A stretch of DNA of 64,000 bases from Candidatus Pacearchaeota archaeon (GCA_017608405.1 JAFCFX010000001.1:7667-71666), one strand, 5' to 3'. Counted from the first letter of the stretch, positions 9,778 through 18,860 are shown. Notes: generated by a model from the letters alone, not told the origin. Numbers and translations are program-made.

Positions 9778-9861
9778 GCGGAGGTGCCGGAGTGGTCAAA
9801 CGGGCTGGATTTAGGCTCCAGTGGCTTAGTGCCTGCGAGGGTTCGAATCCTTTCCTCCGCA
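9778..9861 (+). tRNA. tRNA-Leu (anticodon UAG), class II with long variable arm, no intron
   Basis: GCGGAGG acceptor pairs with CCTCCGC; anticodon arm CTGGA-TTTAGGC-TCCAG; long variable arm TGGCTTAGTGCCTGCGAG; T loop GGGTTCGAATCC; discriminator A. Confidence 0.8.
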
Positions 9862-9875
9862 TAATGTTTTTAGAA

Positions 9876-10802
9876 TTAGTCTTTTTTCTTGTGTTCTTTT
9901 TCCTTTTGCTTAATTTTTTCTTCTAAATTAAGTCTTTCAATTAGCTCTTTGTATCTGTTTCTGATTGTGACTTCTGTGATTCCTGCAATGTCTGCAACTT
10001 CTCTTTGAGTCTTTTTTTCATCATTCATTAAAGCAGCAACATATAGGGCTGCTGCAGCAATTCCAGCAGGTCCTCTTCCTGAAGTTAATTCAACTTTTTC
10101 TGCTTGCTTTAATACTTTTAAAGCATCATTTTGAGTTCTTGGAGAGAGTTTTAATACACTTGAAAATCTTGAAATATAATCTTTTGGAGAACTTTGTTTA
10201 ACTTTAATCTGTAATTTTCTAATTATGAATCTATAGGTTCTTCCAATTTCTTTTCTTTCAACATCAGAAGCTGTTGCCATTTCATCTAAGGTTCTTGGGA
10301 TATTATAAGATCTACATGCAGCGTATAAACAAGCAGCAATTACAGATTCCATGCTTCTTCCTCTGACAAGTCCTCTTTGAAGAACAAAATTGTAAATTCT
10401 TGAAGCTTCATCTCTTACGACATTTGGTAGATTAAGATATGAAGAAATAACTCTTAATTCGGCCATTGCGAGTCTAAGGTTTCTTTCAATACTCGTAGAT
10501 ACCCTTTCTTGCCACTTTTTTAATCTTAAGAATTTCCTTGTTTGTCCTGGTTCTAGTTTGTAAATATCTGAGATTTCCCCAACATTTGTGGCAAGTCCCT
10601 TATCAAACTTTTGCATGCTTATTGGAGCTCCACCCCTTCCTTTTTTCTCATCTTTATCAAACTTACCTTGTAAATCTACCCCTGTATCTACCATTTTTTC
10701 TTCAATTACAAGGCCACAGTCATTGCAAATAACTTCTCCTAGGTGAGAATCATAGGTTAGATTAATACTACCGCATTCTGGGCATTTTTTTACAAAACTC
10801 AT
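9876..10802 (-). CDS. tfb: Transcription initiation factor IIB (TFB)
   Basis: N-terminal zinc ribbon (CPECGS...CNDCG) followed by two cyclin-fold repeats; 308 aa. Confidence 0.9.
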   Translation of the reverse strand: MSFVKKCPECGSINLTYDSHLGEVICNDCGLVIEEKMVDTGVDLQGKFDKDEKKGRGGAPISMQKFDKGLATNVGEISDIYKLEPGQTRKFLRLKKWQERVSTSIERNLRLAMAELRVISSYLNLPNVVRDEASRIYNFVLQRGLVRGRSMESVIAACLYAACRSYNIPRTLDEMATASDVERKEIGRTYRFIIRKLQIKVKQSSPKDYISRFSSVLKLSPRTQNDALKVLKQAEKVELTSGRGPAGIAAAALYVAALMNDEKKTQREVADIAGITEVTIRNRYKELIERLNLEEKIKQKEKEHKKKD

Positions 10803-10916
10803 TTTACATTAGAACCTTTGCTAATTTCCTAGTTAATAGTAAGTTTTTTAAAGCTTTCCCTTTTTTAAAGCTTTTGGTTTTTGTGGCTATGTTAGAATGG
10901 TAAAAGTAGAAAGATA

Positions 10917-11285
10917 TTACTTAACTAAAACTCCATTAATAAGGCCTTCTTGGCTTGGTCGATTAGTTATCTTAACTTTTCCTAGTTCTGTTTCAACAAT
11001 GGTGCCTTTTGTTAAGACATTTTGTCTTGCTAAGAATCGATTTGAAGGTGTTTCAAGAACATTTTTGATTTCTAATTTTTTTTGTTTTTTGTCTTTATCT
11101 TCAATATTAACAAATTTTGCTTTGAGTAGGAATGTTTTTTTGCTTCCTCCCCTTATTTTTTTTGATTTTCTTTTTTCTTCTCCTAGCTTCACTACTTTTT
11201 TTTGTCCTGCTCTTTCATGGAACTTCTTTTTTCTTCTTTTAATATACTTCCCACCTGAAATTTTTCTTCCTTTTTTGCTTACCAT
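10917..11285 (-). CDS. rps8e: Ribosomal protein S8e (eS8)
   Basis: Starts MVSKKGRKISGGKYIKRRKKKFHERAG, matching the conserved eS8 start (RK.SGG...RKK). GGAGGT sits 7 nt upstream of the ATG. Confidence 0.8.
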   Translation of the reverse strand: MVSKKGRKISGGKYIKRRKKKFHERAGQKKVVKLGEEKRKSKKIRGGSKKTFLLKAKFVNIEDKDKKQKKLEIKNVLETPSNRFLARQNVLTKGTIVETELGKVKITNRPSQEGLINGVLVK

Positions 11286-11302
11286 TTAAAACCTCCACCG
11301 GG

Positions 11303-11320
11303 TTTTAGATCCCCGGACCT
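11303..11320 (-). promoter_or_regulatory. Putative archaeal TATA box/BRE for rps8e
   Basis: On the minus strand, CTTTTTATATAGG lies about 25-35 nt upstream of the rps8e ribosome-binding site and ATG. Confidence 0.3.
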
Positions 11321-11461
11321 ATATAAAAAGAATAAAAATGCTTTAAATAGGTTTCTGTTTCAGGGAGAGAAACGTTTAAAAACTAATTTTGCAGAGATTA
11401 AATATGGTTAGGCTGAAATCTTTTAGATTTCGCTAAAACCATTTGTAAATTAAAATTTAAA

Positions 11462-11713
11462 ATGGTTAATGGAATAGAAAGACCACTAGATTTGTTGAAC
11501 AACTCTAAAGGAAAAGAAGTTTTAGTACATTTGAAAGGAGACAAACAGTTTGTAGGAACTTTGTTAGCCTTTGACATACACATAAATTTGGTGTTGGACA
11601 ACATTAAAGAAATGCAGAATGGTGAGATAAAGCGGAACCTTGGATTGACTTTTCTAAGAGGGGATACAATTATTTTTATTTCTCCGGCTTCAACAGCCTT
11701 AAAGAAAGAATAA
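11462..11713 (+). CDS. Sm-like archaeal protein (LSm/SmAP)
   Basis: The 83-aa sequence (EVLVHLKGDKQFVGTLLAFDIHINLVLDN...RGDTIIFISP) carries Sm1 and Sm2 motifs. Confidence 0.8.
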   Translation: MVNGIERPLDLLNNSKGKEVLVHLKGDKQFVGTLLAFDIHINLVLDNIKEMQNGEIKRNLGLTFLRGDTIIFISPASTALKKE

Positions 11714-11803
11714 GCGTTTACCTGTTAAATTTTCGCAAGGCCCAGAATTTATTTCTAGTTGGCACTTTGATAGTTTTATAAATTAATTCTTCTTATTTAT
11801 TTT

Positions 11804-12706
11804 ATGGCATCAAAGATAAAAATAACATTTTTAGGCACAGGAGATCAGATTCCAAGTGCGCAGAGGAATCATACAGCTGTGCTTTTAACATATGAAGGAG
11901 AAAATATTTTGATTGATTGCGGAGAAGGAACTCAAAGACAATTTAGAAAAGCAAGATTAAATCCTTGCAAAGTAAATAGAATTTTAATTACTCATTGGCA
12001 TGGAGATCATGTTTTAGGACTTCCTGGTTTTTTTGCTACTTTAGCTCATAGTGGTTATAAAAAAACTCTTTATATTTATGGCCCAAGAGGAACAAAAAGA
12101 TTTGTGTTTGAACTTTTCAAGGTTTTTAATTTTAAAAGAGAATATGAAATTAAAATTAAAGAAGTAGCTGGGAAATTTTTTGAAACAAAAGACTTTTATT
12201 TAGAAGCTGAAAAAATGAAGCATGGAATTCCTTGCAATGCTTATAAATTTGTAAAAAAGGGGTTAATAAGAATTGATAAGGTAAAAATGAAAAAAGCAAA
12301 GCTGCTACAAGGACCTCATCTTCAGAAATTAAAACAAGGTAAAGATATTAAGTACAAAGGTAAAAAATACAAGGCTAAAAATTTAACTTTTGTTGATGGA
12401 GATAAAAAAATAAGTTTTGTTTTTGATACCTTAGATAACAAAAATATTCAAAAATTTGCAACAGATTCTGATGTGTTTGTTTGCGAGGCTCCTTTTAGTA
12501 ATGAAATTAAAAAACAAGCTACAGAGCATTTACATATGACTGCAAAACAAGTAGCAGAAAATGCAAAAAAAGCTAAAGTAAAAAAATTAATTTTAACTCA
12601 CCTGAGTCAGAGGTATGAAAAAAATCCCAAAGTAATTTTAAATGAAGCTAAAAAAGTATTTAAGAAGACTTTTATTGCTAATGATTTAGATGTTTTTGAG
12701 ATATAG
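11804..12706 (+). CDS. rnz: Ribonuclease Z (tRNA 3'-processing endonuclease, short form)
   Basis: Metallo-beta-lactamase fold: FLGTGDQIP, DCGEGTQRQ and the HWHGDH (HxHxDH) motif; 300 aa. Confidence 0.8.
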   Translation: MASKIKITFLGTGDQIPSAQRNHTAVLLTYEGENILIDCGEGTQRQFRKARLNPCKVNRILITHWHGDHVLGLPGFFATLAHSGYKKTLYIYGPRGTKRFVFELFKVFNFKREYEIKIKEVAGKFFETKDFYLEAEKMKHGIPCNAYKFVKKGLIRIDKVKMKKAKLLQGPHLQKLKQGKDIKYKGKKYKAKNLTFVDGDKKISFVFDTLDNKNIQKFATDSDVFVCEAPFSNEIKKQATEHLHMTAKQVAENAKKAKVKKLILTHLSQRYEKNPKVILNEAKKVFKKTFIANDLDVFEI

Positions 12707-13049
12707 AAACTTTTATTAATCTGTTTTTGTTTAAGGTTTTATGGAAGAAAAATTAGAAAAAAGAATACATTTGACTGCAAAAAAACATTTATTTTCTTTA
12801 AATACTAGATTGAAATTCAAGAGAAAAATATGTGCTGTTTTTGGACATAGAAAGGAATCAGTTAGAAAAGCAGTTGGTTTAATAGGGCATACTCAATGTT
12901 ATTGTAGTTATTGTTTTAGAGGGTATAAGAGGTCCCCTAAAAGCGGAGATCTTGAAAAAGATATAAATTATATTTCTCCAGAGGTCTGGAGTATGCAATT
13001 TAATTGGTAATAGAAACATTTTAAATATAACTTTTTCTTGTTTTGATTA

Positions 13050-13106
13050 GGGTCTGTAGTTCAGCCTGGATAAGCTGGAATGTAAAATTCTGCTAAATCC
13101 ATCTGA
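13050..13106 (+). ncRNA. Orphan tRNA 5'-half-like sequence (acceptor 5' strand plus D arm, no matching 3' half nearby)
   Basis: GGGTCTG-TA-GTTC-AGCCTGGATA-AGC resembles a tRNA 5' end, and its D loop is identical to that of the adjacent tRNA-Arg. No canonical 7-nt anticodon loop forms and no CAGACCC acceptor partner is found within reach. It ends 1 nt before tRNA-Arg(UCU). Confidence 0.35.
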
Positions 13107-13107
13107 C

Positions 13108-13199
13108 GCCCCTGTAGCTCAGCCTGGATAGAGCGACTGCCTTCTATCTATTGAGGTGAAGAAAGCAGTAGGTCGCAGGTTCGAATCCTGTCGGGGGCA
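13108..13199 (+). tRNA. tRNA-Arg (anticodon UCU) with an intron of about 17 nt
   Basis: GCCCCTG-TA-GCTC-AGCCTGGATA-GAGC-G-ACTGC-CTTCTA, then an insert (TCTATTGAGGTGAAGAA) of about 17 nt, then GCAGT, AGGTC, GCAGG-TTCGAAT-CCTGT, CGGGGGC and discriminator A. Confidence 0.75.
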
Positions 13200-13261
13200 T
13201 GAAATCTCTAATGAGATTCCACGCCACTAGAACGCCCATGCGTGGTCATCCTAGGGCATTT

Positions 13262-13399
13262 GCGGAGGTGGCACAACGGTACTGCAGTCGGTTGCAGCTG
13301 GGGGGCACCAAGGTTCCCCTTACGATAACCCCTCCTTTTTCGAAAGGAGAAGGAAAGGCAAAACCCGACTTTTCGTGGGTTCGACTCCCACCCTCCGCT
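13262..13399 (+). tRNA. tRNA-Cys (anticodon GCA) with a structured intron of about 68 nt; discriminator U73
   Basis: GCGGAGG-TG-GCAC-AACGGTA-CTGC-A-GTCGG-TTGCAG, then an intron of about 68 nt holding two hairpins, then CCGAC-TTTTC-GTGGG-TTCGACT-CCCAC-CCTCCGC-T. U73 is the expected Cys identity element. Spurious ORFs on both strands cover this RNA in the track. Confidence 0.7.
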
Positions 13400-13412
13400 T
13401 ATTTTTTTAGAA

Positions 13413-14204
13413 TTATTTTTTTGATCTTTTTTTTCTAGATCGTCTTTCAATTGCCAGAAGAATTGTTGCACCGAAAATTACAAACACAAAAACATAAACA
13501 AATTTATTATCTTTAACATAACTAAGGAGTGCCATTTCTGAATCTTCATCTGGACTTATTCCTCCTGTTAAAGGAGTCCTTCCAGCAACATTTTGATCTA
13601 AAGCTCCAATTGCTTGCCCTGTCCCTGTTAATCTTACTCCTCCCTTAGTTAAAGCAGGACTTATTCCATCATCTACTCTTATTTCATAATTTCCCTCTGG
13701 GGCAACTAAATTATATACAATAGATTCTCCTGGACTTAAACTAGGAGATTTTGTTCCAGTAGTTTGACCAATTGTGATTTTAATTGTTCTAGTATATTGG
13801 GTATTTCCCATGTTGGTCACTAATAGTTTGTTTCTATCTAATGAAAATCTTGCTAATTCTTTTCTTCCTATTTCAAAAAAATCTACTTCTTCATGATCTT
13901 GATATTTTACAGTTATTGTACCTTGTCCAGATGTTGCCGTTTCTCCAAGATCAATTATGATTGTATCTTTTGAATTAAATGTTTGTTCTATTTTAGATTT
14001 TTTTTCTGAGTCTTCTAAAATAATAAGAACTTCATCATAGACTAAATTGCTTTGATCATCATAGAGATTTATTTTAAAAGTAATTTTTTCTCCTGGTGCA
14101 AAATTATTGTTGTCTTCTGGAAATTCTATTTGAATTGATTGAGCAAGAACTAATGGAGATAATAAGATGGCACAGAATAAGAAAACTAAAACTTTTTCTT
14201 TCAT
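13413..14204 (-). CDS. Secreted protein with signal peptide and C-terminal TM anchor plus basic tail
   Basis: N-terminal MKEKVLVFLFCAILLSPLVLAQS; C-terminal hydrophobic stretch then RRSRKKRSKK. No family recognised. Confidence 0.55.
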   Translation of the reverse strand: MKEKVLVFLFCAILLSPLVLAQSIQIEFPEDNNNFAPGEKITFKINLYDDQSNLVYDEVLIILEDSEKKSKIEQTFNSKDTIIIDLGETATSGQGTITVKYQDHEEVDFFEIGRKELARFSLDRNKLLVTNMGNTQYTRTIKITIGQTTGTKSPSLSPGESIVYNLVAPEGNYEIRVDDGISPALTKGGVRLTGTGQAIGALDQNVAGRTPLTGGISPDEDSEMALLSYVKDNKFVYVFVFVIFGATILLAIERRSRKKRSKK

Positions 14205-14285
14205 ATTTTTTTTAGTTATTTTATATATTTAAATATTGTGGAATTTCATAAGAAAGTATTTAAAATAAAGTTTCTATAGGTATAT

Positions 14286-17174
14286 ATGAGAAAGAGGGAG
14301 AGGATTGTTACTTATTTATTTATTGTAGTTTTACTTGGTTTTGCAATTGGTTTTTTATATGTAGCAGAGGTAAGACTTACTGGATTTGCTGTTTTTGGGG
14401 ATTCTGGAGTGGAAGTTGAAAAAGGAGCTTATTGGGATAAGTATGAAGATGCACAAGGGATTCAAAGACTAAAAATTCATAACACTCCTATTAATTATTA
14501 TGATGGAAATGATTATGTTAGTATTACTTATGGTTCTTGTGGGAGCAATTGTTTCAGAGATTGGAATGGATTAATCTATAGAGTAAGTACAGATCCTCAA
14601 AAAGCGTACATAAATTTATATGATTCTGAAGATAATTATATTTCTAGTTTTGGTTTTGGCATTACTGGACAGATTGGAGCAAATACTTATAAATATACTA
14701 CTTTGAATTTTACATGGACTTGGACCCAAGAAACTGTTGGAGAGGAATATATTTTTACAGGATCGAATAATCAAGCTAATTTTAATTGGACTCAAGAATT
14801 TCATTTTTATCCAAATCAATCAATGAAGATTAAAAATACAATTACAAATAATTTGGGAGTGAGTGTTGATAATACTGAATTTTGGTTTATTCAGACTATT
14901 GGATCAAATCAAGGTGTTTGGTTTAATGGAACTAAATATGATCAAGATGTATATAGGTCAGGAAATTTTGATGCGTTAATGTCAAATATTCAGTTTGAAG
15001 ATAATTATGTTTTTGATTATAGTGATTTGCTTGTTAATGGGTTTAATATTACTTCATTTTATTTAGGGGATGGAGAGGTTGTGGGGGTTGGAGGAACAAG
15101 ATTACTAGCAATTGGAATAACAAGGGGAAGCAGTGTATTTTCAGATGGAGTTGCTGTGGTTGTTGATCCTAGTGTAAAAGTAAGTGAGGGAGGGGATGAT
15201 GCATATGTGGCTTCTGGGAGTCCAAATCAAAATTTTGGAACAAATACAGGATTAGAAGTAAGAAGACAAAGTCCAACAAGAAGATCATATCTTATGTTTA
15301 ATATTTCTGAGATCCCTGTTAATCAAGTGATAGATGATGCAGAATTATGTTTGTATCTTTATGATGACGTGATTTCTGGGGCCACTACAATTTCAATAAA
15401 TCATGTTCACAATATTTCTTGGTGCGAGGGAAATGGAGGGAGTGATGGAAGCCCTGTTTGTGAAATAACTTGGAACAATCAACCTTGCGGAACAAATTTT
15501 GATAATTCTTCTTTATGTAATTTGACTTCAGAATCAAATATTACTAATGATGGAAATCAAGATAATACTTGGCAATGTTGGAATATTACTGCTTTGGTTT
15601 CTAAATCTTACTTGGATGGTAGCAATAAAACTGCAATGGTTTTGACTACAAATGATTCAGGGAGTGCAGATAAATTTAGATCAAAAGAATATAGTGATTC
15701 TGCTTTGTGGCCTTATATTAATGTTACTTATCATACTGCAAATATTGCCCCCTCTATAAGTCTTGTAGAGCCCCAGAACCTTGTGTATGGTTATAATGAA
15801 TCTTTATCTTTGAATTTTTCTGCTTTTGATATTGATGATAATTTAGATACTTGTTGGTATACAATTAATGCAGGGAGTGGGATTATTCTTGCAAATTGCA
15901 CTAATACTACTTTTGATGTTTCTGAAGAGGGAGTTTATAATTTGACAATTTATGTAAATGATACTTTTGGGGAGCAGGCAAGTGATAGTGTTAATTTTAA
16001 TATAGATTTAACAGGAGTAAGTATTTCTGTTTCAGAGCCTCAAGGAGACAAGACTTCTAGAACAGAAATTCCTTTGCAATATTCTGTGGTTGGGAATAAT
16101 TTAACTTGTTGGTATGAGGTAAGAACTTCAATTGGGGGAAGTGTCATTGATAATTTAACCCTTGTAAATTGTTCTGAGTCAAGTTTTGATGTTTCTTCAG
16201 ATGGAGATTATGTTTTGAGTTTATATGCAAATAATAGTTTTGGAACTTTTAATTTAACAAGTTCTAGTTTTAGTGTTTCAACTTCTTCAACTCCACCAGA
16301 TAATGGTGGGGGTAGCGGGGGGGGGAGTAGTAGTGGATCTTATACTTTAGCAACAGGACTCTTTATAGGCCCAGTACAGGATTTAATTATAGAGGCTGGA
16401 AAAACAAAGAAAATAAATGTAAATGTTAAAAATGAAAAGTTGGTTTTTTTACAAGACTGTAGGGTCGTAGGTGATGGAGATTATCCTGATTGGATTTCTC
16501 AAAGTGAAATTAAGGGCTTAGCTGCAGGAGAGTCTTATGATTTTATTTCTGATTTAACTATTCCTGAAGGTTTTGATTCAGGAATATATGGTTTGGGACT
16601 AAAGGTTGTTTGTGAAGGTGAAGAAAAAAATATTAGTTTTAATGTAGAGATTCTTGAAAAGAAATTTGATTTTCATTTAATTGATGTTGAGAGGTTTAGT
16701 GAAGATAAAATGAAAATAGTTTATTCTCTAGAAGAACTTGCAGGATTAGATCAGGAAATAGGAGTGGAATTTTTATTTTTTGATTTAGATGATGAGAAGC
16801 AAGCAGAGGTTAAAGAAAATAAGACAATCACCCCCAATTCAAATCAAGAATTCGAAGCCTTTGTTTCTATTGATCCTGATTTAAAAGGCGATTTAACTAT
16901 GTTAATTAATTTAAATTCAGAAGTTTATTCTTATTTTGTTCAAGAAAATATTGTTTTGGGCCCTTCAATTAGTGGTCTTGCTGTTTTAGCAGACAATGTT
17001 AATCTTAATAATATTTTTAGTATTGTCTTTGTTCTTCTTTTCTTGGTATTTGCTTTTTTTGTGATTAGAAAAATTAGGAGAGGCAAGGTAGGAGTTAAGA
17101 AAAAAAAATCAAGAAGAAAAAAATATGATTATGTAGTGCCTAAATATGTACTAATGGTCTTGTGTGGTGCCTAA
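14286..17174 (+). CDS. Large cell-surface protein (962 aa), N-glycosylation sequon-rich, tandem Ig-like repeats, C-terminal TM anchor with basic tail; S-layer-like
   Basis: N-terminal TM; more than 30 NxS/T sequons (e.g. NSSLCNLTSESNITNDG, NKTAMVLTTNDSG); two repeats of about 90 aa (CWYTINAG...FDVSEEGVYNLTIYVNDTFG / CWYEVRTS...FDVSSDGDYVLSLYANNSFG); GGGSGGGSSSGS linker; C-terminal hydrophobic segment plus IRKIRRGKVGVKKKKSRRKK. Confidence 0.65.
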   Translation: MRKRERIVTYLFIVVLLGFAIGFLYVAEVRLTGFAVFGDSGVEVEKGAYWDKYEDAQGIQRLKIHNTPINYYDGNDYVSITYGSCGSNCFRDWNGLIYRVSTDPQKAYINLYDSEDNYISSFGFGITGQIGANTYKYTTLNFTWTWTQETVGEEYIFTGSNNQANFNWTQEFHFYPNQSMKIKNTITNNLGVSVDNTEFWFIQTIGSNQGVWFNGTKYDQDVYRSGNFDALMSNIQFEDNYVFDYSDLLVNGFNITSFYLGDGEVVGVGGTRLLAIGITRGSSVFSDGVAVVVDPSVKVSEGGDDAYVASGSPNQNFGTNTGLEVRRQSPTRRSYLMFNISEIPVNQVIDDAELCLYLYDDVISGATTISINHVHNISWCEGNGGSDGSPVCEITWNNQPCGTNFDNSSLCNLTSESNITNDGNQDNTWQCWNITALVSKSYLDGSNKTAMVLTTNDSGSADKFRSKEYSDSALWPYINVTYHTANIAPSISLVEPQNLVYGYNESLSLNFSAFDIDDNLDTCWYTINAGSGIILANCTNTTFDVSEEGVYNLTIYVNDTFGEQASDSVNFNIDLTGVSISVSEPQGDKTSRTEIPLQYSVVGNNLTCWYEVRTSIGGSVIDNLTLVNCSESSFDVSSDGDYVLSLYANNSFGTFNLTSSSFSVSTSSTPPDNGGGSGGGSSSGSYTLATGLFIGPVQDLIIEAGKTKKINVNVKNEKLVFLQDCRVVGDGDYPDWISQSEIKGLAAGESYDFISDLTIPEGFDSGIYGLGLKVVCEGEEKNISFNVEILEKKFDFHLIDVERFSEDKMKIVYSLEELAGLDQEIGVEFLFFDLDDEKQAEVKENKTITPNSNQEFEAFVSIDPDLKGDLTMLINLNSEVYSYFVQENIVLGPSISGLAVLADNVNLNNIFSIVFVLLFLVFAFFVIRKIRRGKVGVKKKKSRRKKYDYVVPKYVLMVLCGA

Positions 17175-17210
17175 AGAAAAGTTTATATAGTTTTGTAGTG
17201 CCTAAGTATA

Positions 17211-18860
17211 ATGGCATTTGTTGTTAAGAAAGTGATTTATGGGAAAGAATATTATTATCTTAATGAAAATAAGAGGGTTGATGGAAAAGTAAAGACAAAG
17301 ACACTTGCTTATCTTGGTAAGACAAGAAAAGATGCAGAAAAAAAAGCTAAGCAGATCTTAGAGCAGAATGTGGGTGAGAAAAAAAAGAAAAAACCACCTG
17401 TTCAGTTGATAAAATCTGAGATTTCTATTGAAGATATGGCTGTTTTTTGTAAAAGAAAGGGTTTTGTTTATCAATCAGGCGATATTTACGGGGGATTGGC
17501 AGGATTTTGGGATTTTGGATATTTGGGTGTTGAATTGAAAAGTAATCTTGAGCATGAATGGTGGAAATCCCATGTAAGTCAAAGAGAGGACATAGTGGGG
17601 ATTGACGGCTCAATAATCACCAATCCTAAGGTTTGGGAAGCTTCTGGTCATGTTGAGAATTTTAATGATATTGCTGTGGTTTGTAAAAAATGCAAAAAAG
17701 CAACAAAGTTAGATAAGTCTGAATTAGGAAAAGTTAAATGTGAGTGTGGAGGAGAATATGAAAATAAAGGCGAGTTTAATCAATTGTTTGAAAGTAATGT
17801 TGGACCTTTAAATTCACAAAAAATTTATTTAAGACCAGAGACTGCGCAACTGATGTTTACTAATTTTAAATTTGTTTATGATAATGCAAGAATGAAATTG
17901 CCTTTTGGAATTGCTCAGGTTGGAAAAGCTTTTAGAAATGAAATTGCTCCAAGAGATTTTTTATTTAGGTGTAGAGAATTTAATCAAATGGAAGTTGAGT
18001 ATTTTATTAATTCTAATGAAGATTGTTCATATAAGATCCCAGAAGTAGTTATTTTGATTTATTCTGCAGAAGCACAAGAAAAAAATAAAGAACCTTTAAA
18101 GATGAAGATTTCAGAAGCATTAAAGAAAAAGATTATTAAAAAAGATTGGCATGCATATTGGCTTGCAATAGAATTTTTATGGTTTAAAAATTTGGGGGCA
18201 GATCCTGATAAGTTTAGAATACGGCAGCACACCAAAGAAGAACTTGCACATTATTCAAGTGATTGTTGGGATTTAGAATATAATTTTCCTTTTGGTTGGA
18301 AAGAGCTGGAAGGGATTGCAGATAGAGGAGATTATGATTTAAGTCAGCATGAAAAAGTTTCAAAAAAAGATTTAAAGATTTTTGATGAGAAAAGTAAAAG
18401 TAAGATTTTGCCGTTTGTTGTTGCTGAACCCTCTCTTGGTCTTGAAAGATCTTTCTTAGTTTTTTTGTTTGATGCTTTTTATAAAAATAAAGAAGCAGGC
18501 AATGTTGTTTTGAGGTTGCACCCCAAACTTTCTCCGATCAAAGCTGCGATTTTTCCAATTGTTAAGCAACCAAAGTTTGAAAAGATTGCAGAAGAAATTG
18601 TAAATGATTTGAAAAAGGAATTTGTGATTGTTTACGATAAATCCGGGAGTATTGGAAGAAGGTATGCAAGGAATGATGAAGTTGGAACCCCTTTTTGCAT
18701 AACTGTCGATGGCGATTCTATAAAAAATAAGGATGTGACAATTAGGGACCGGGATACAACAAAACAGATTCGAGTAAAAAATTCCGATTTAAAAGAAGTT
18801 TTGAGAAAATTAATTAATAAAGAGATTGAATTTGAAAGAGCAGGTAAGTTGATTAGTTAA
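17211..18860 (+). CDS. glyS: Glycyl-tRNA synthetase (archaeal/eukaryotic-type class II) with a Lys-rich N-terminal extension of about 75 aa
   Basis: Core starts about aa 76 (alternative ATG at 17436): RKGFVYQSGDIYGGLAGFWDFGYLG, motif-2/3-like FRNEIAPRDFLFRCREFNQMEVEYF, and a C-terminal anticodon-binding domain. Confidence 0.8.
   Translation: MAFVVKKVIYGKEYYYLNENKRVDGKVKTKTLAYLGKTRKDAEKKAKQILEQNVGEKKKKKPPVQLIKSEISIEDMAVFCKRKGFVYQSGDIYGGLAGFWDFGYLGVELKSNLEHEWWKSHVSQREDIVGIDGSIITNPKVWEASGHVENFNDIAVVCKKCKKATKLDKSELGKVKCECGGEYENKGEFNQLFESNVGPLNSQKIYLRPETAQLMFTNFKFVYDNARMKLPFGIAQVGKAFRNEIAPRDFLFRCREFNQMEVEYFINSNEDCSYKIPEVVILIYSAEAQEKNKEPLKMKISEALKKKIIKKDWHAYWLAIEFLWFKNLGADPDKFRIRQHTKEELAHYSSDCWDLEYNFPFGWKELEGIADRGDYDLSQHEKVSKKDLKIFDEKSKSKILPFVVAEPSLGLERSFLVFLFDAFYKNKEAGNVVLRLHPKLSPIKAAIFPIVKQPKFEKIAEEIVNDLKKEFVIVYDKSGSIGRRYARNDEVGTPFCITVDGDSIKNKDVTIRDRDTTKQIRVKNSDLKEVLRKLINKEIEFERAGKLIS

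Noticed and set aside
10897-11289. 130-aa plus-strand ORF
   Set aside because: It is exactly antisense to the well-supported rps8e gene, with a hydrophobic, low-complexity translation; it is a shadow ORF.
12741-13010. 89-aa ORF between rnz and the tRNA cluster
   Set aside because: There is no recognisable motif or convincing RBS, and it sits where the tRNA-cluster promoter is expected. It is not excluded, but support is too weak to call.
13199-13471. Overlapping ORFs on both strands (79 aa plus, 87 aa minus), and an initial impression of an SRP-RNA-like GC-rich structured region
   Set aside because: The region resolves cleanly into tRNA-Cys(GCA) with a long intron. The ORFs are artefacts of the GC-rich RNA sequence and have no start context.
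16300-16340. GGTGGGGGTAGCGGGGGGGGGAGTAGTAGTGGATCT G-rich tract
   Set aside because: It encodes a Gly/Ser linker (GGGSGGGSSSGS) within the surface protein and is not a regulatory G-quadruplex or repeat element. It is a possible slippage hotspot only.
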